A stretch of 64,000 nucleotides of DNA from Eledone cirrhosa. Lineage: Eukaryota. This document shows positions 62,151 through 64,000 of this stretch, one piece after another; position 1 is the stretch's first letter; every line of letters starts with the position of its first letter. The DNA lies in NCBI GenBank assembly GCA_964016885.1, contig OZ024757.1, positions 24,924,001-24,988,000 on the forward strand, written 5' to 3'. A model generated the notes under the pieces. The model was given only the letters and a program-made list of their open reading frames with translations, was not told where the DNA came from and ran no database searches. A program made the translations under genes and the position numbers.

Positions 62151-62374
62151 GAAAGTTGAAGTTTATATAGATGGTGCACATGCATTGGGCAGTCGCACCC
62201 TCAATATGCATTCACTGCGACCCACGTATTATACATCTAATGCACATAAATGGCTTTCGGCTCCCAAGGGATGTGCATTTATGTATATTGACAAAAGTCG
62301 CCATGCCACTGTACGGCCATGCAGTATTTCTCATGGTTATGGTGCAGGAATGAATTCTGAGTTTATATGGACAG
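62151..62374 (+). CDS. PLP lyase exon with catalytic core: KVEVYIDGAHALG...YYTSNAHKWLSAPKGCAFMY...SHGYGAGMNSEFIWTG (gene continues beyond window)
   Basis: Acceptor gtttttacag, donor gtgaga, phase 2/1. DGAH (PLP pyridine Asp) and SNAHKW (Schiff-base Lys) are class V signatures. Confidence 0.95.
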
Positions 62375-62670
62375 GTGAGACAATGTATCTAGTTATCTCC
62401 CCTTCTTCCTCACTCGCTCTTTCTTTCTCTCCCACCACTCTCACTCCTCTTTCCATTCTCTCTCCCTTACTCTCTCTTTCTTTTTTTCCCACCACCCTCA
62501 CTCTACTTTCCATTCTCTCTCTTTTTCTCTCCCTCACTCTATCTTTCTTTCTCTCCCACCGCTCTCACTCCACTTTCCATTCTCTCTCTCTCCCGCCACT
62601 CTCTTCAACAAATAACAACAACAATAACATTAACATTGATAGTAATAATATTATCATTATTATTTTTACT

Positions 62671-62865
62671 AAGGGCGGTAGATTGGCAAAATCGGTAGAG
62701 CGTCAGACACCATGCTTTGCAGCATAGAGTTATGGCCCTTTATGATCTGAGTTCAAAACCTGCCGAGGTTAACTTTGCTTTTCATCCTTACAGGGTCGAT
62801 AAAATAAAGTACCAGTAATGTACTGGGTTAATTGCTGGCCTTGTGCCAAAAGTAGAAACAATTAT
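62671..62865 (+). mobile_element. SINE family A
   Basis: Consensus match from the gggcggt 5' end. Confidence 0.85.
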
Positions 62866-62907
62866 TTTTGTTCTATAGGGCGGGGCAGCTTCAGTTCAAC
62901 TGGAGGA

Positions 62908-64000
62908 TAGCTAGATGACCGTTGGCTAGTGCCAGGGTAGCTAGATGACCGTTGGCTAGTGCCAGGCTAGCTAGATGACAATTGGCTAGTGCCAGGCTAG
63001 CTAGATGACCGTTGGCTAGTGCCAGGCTAACTAGATGACAATTGGCTAGTGCCAGGCTAGCTAGATGACAATTGGCTAGTGCCAGGCTAGCTAGATGACA
63101 GTTGGCTAGTGCCAGGGTAGCTAGATGACCGTTGGCTAGTGCCAGGGTAGCTAGATGACAGTTGACTAGTGCCAGGGTAGCTAGATGACCGTTGGCTAGT
63201 GCCAGGGTAGCTAGATGACCGTTGGCTAGTGCCAGGGTAGCTAGATGACAGTTGGCTAGTGCCAGGGTAGCTAGATCACCGTTGGCTAGTGCCAGGGTAG
63301 CTAGATGACAGTTGGCTAGTGCCAGGCTAGCTAGATGACCGTTGGCTAGTGCCAGGCTAGCTAGATGACCGTTGGCTAGTGCCAGGCTAGCTAGATGACC
63401 GTTGGCTAGTGCCAGGCTAGCTAGATGACAATTGGCTAGTGCCAGGGTAGCTAGATGACAATTGGCTAGTGCCAGGGTAGCTAGATGACCGTTGGCTAGT
63501 GCCAGGCTAGCTAGATGACCGTTGGCTAGTGCCAGGGTAGCTAGATGACCGTTGGCTAGTGCCAGGCTAGCTAGATGACAATTGGCTAGTGCCAGGCTAG
63601 CTAGATGACAATTGGCTAGTGCCAGGGTAGCTAGATGACCGTTGGCTAGTGCCAGGGTAGCTAGATGACCGTTGGCTAGTGCCAGGCTAGCTAGATGACC
63701 GTTGGCTAGTGCCAGGCTAGCTAGATGACCGTTGGCTAGTGCCAGGGTAGCTAGATGACCGTTGGCTAGTGCCAGGCTAGCTAGATGACCGTTGGCTAGT
63801 GCCAGGCTAGCTAGATGACAATTGGCTAGTGCCAGGGTAGCTAGATGACCGTTGGCTAGTGCCAGGGTAGCTAGATGACCGTTGGCTAGTGCCAGGCTAG
63901 CTAGATGACCGTTGGCTAGTGCCAGGGTAGCTAGATGACAATTGGCTAGTGCCAGGGTAGCTAGATGACCGTTGGCTAGTGCCAGGGTAGCTAGATGACA
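62908..64000. repeat. 30-bp minisatellite running off the window
   Basis: Unit ctagatgaccgttggctagtgccagggtag (~36 copies). Confidence 0.97.

Noticed and set aside
44085-62374. Recent bacterial or fungal transfer, or contamination, as the origin of the lyase
   Set aside because: Multiple long spliceosomal introns filled with host repeats show it is a resident gene.
61825-62727. 300-aa ORF as a single-exon gene
   Set aside because: Only 62151-62374 is coding; the flanks are intron, TE and low-complexity sequence beyond clear splice sites.
62908-64000. CRISPR-like regular 30-bp repeats (also 37812-38535 and 54340-54950)
   Set aside because: Head-to-tail units without unique spacers, no cas genes, eukaryotic context.

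Overview
Eukaryotic, extremely repeat-rich genomic DNA. The SINE/RTE repertoire and giant (TA)n/(CA)n tracts suggest an octopod cephalopod (inference). Almost all ORFs in the supplied track are artefacts of micro- and minisatellites. The one well-supported host gene is a spliced + strand fold-type I PLP enzyme of the aminotransferase class V family (Egt2/hercynylcysteine sulfoxide lyase, L-cysteine desulfhydrase, CefD-like). I assembled seven phase-compatible GT-AG exons by hand (44085-62374), plus a tentative first exon at 41709; the gene continues past the window. Its introns contain a tandem array of decoy copies of one exon's own splice acceptor, each leading to an immediate stop, and a decayed duplicate of the PLP-lysine exon with a DNA transposon inserted in its acceptor. 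Mobile DNA includes a 5'-truncated RTE LINE with a PHD finger, a nonsense-mutated Tx1/L1-type LINE, an internally deleted mariner, Helentron/HINE-like elements, MITEs, a possible solo LTR and many tRNA-derived SINEs. There are two hammerhead-ribozyme-like motifs of the Penelope type, several TE-derived minisatellites, and a ~9 kb TA-rich tract with an internal duplication next to a 200-N gap. All calls are by eye; no database searches were run, and repeat boundaries are approximate.
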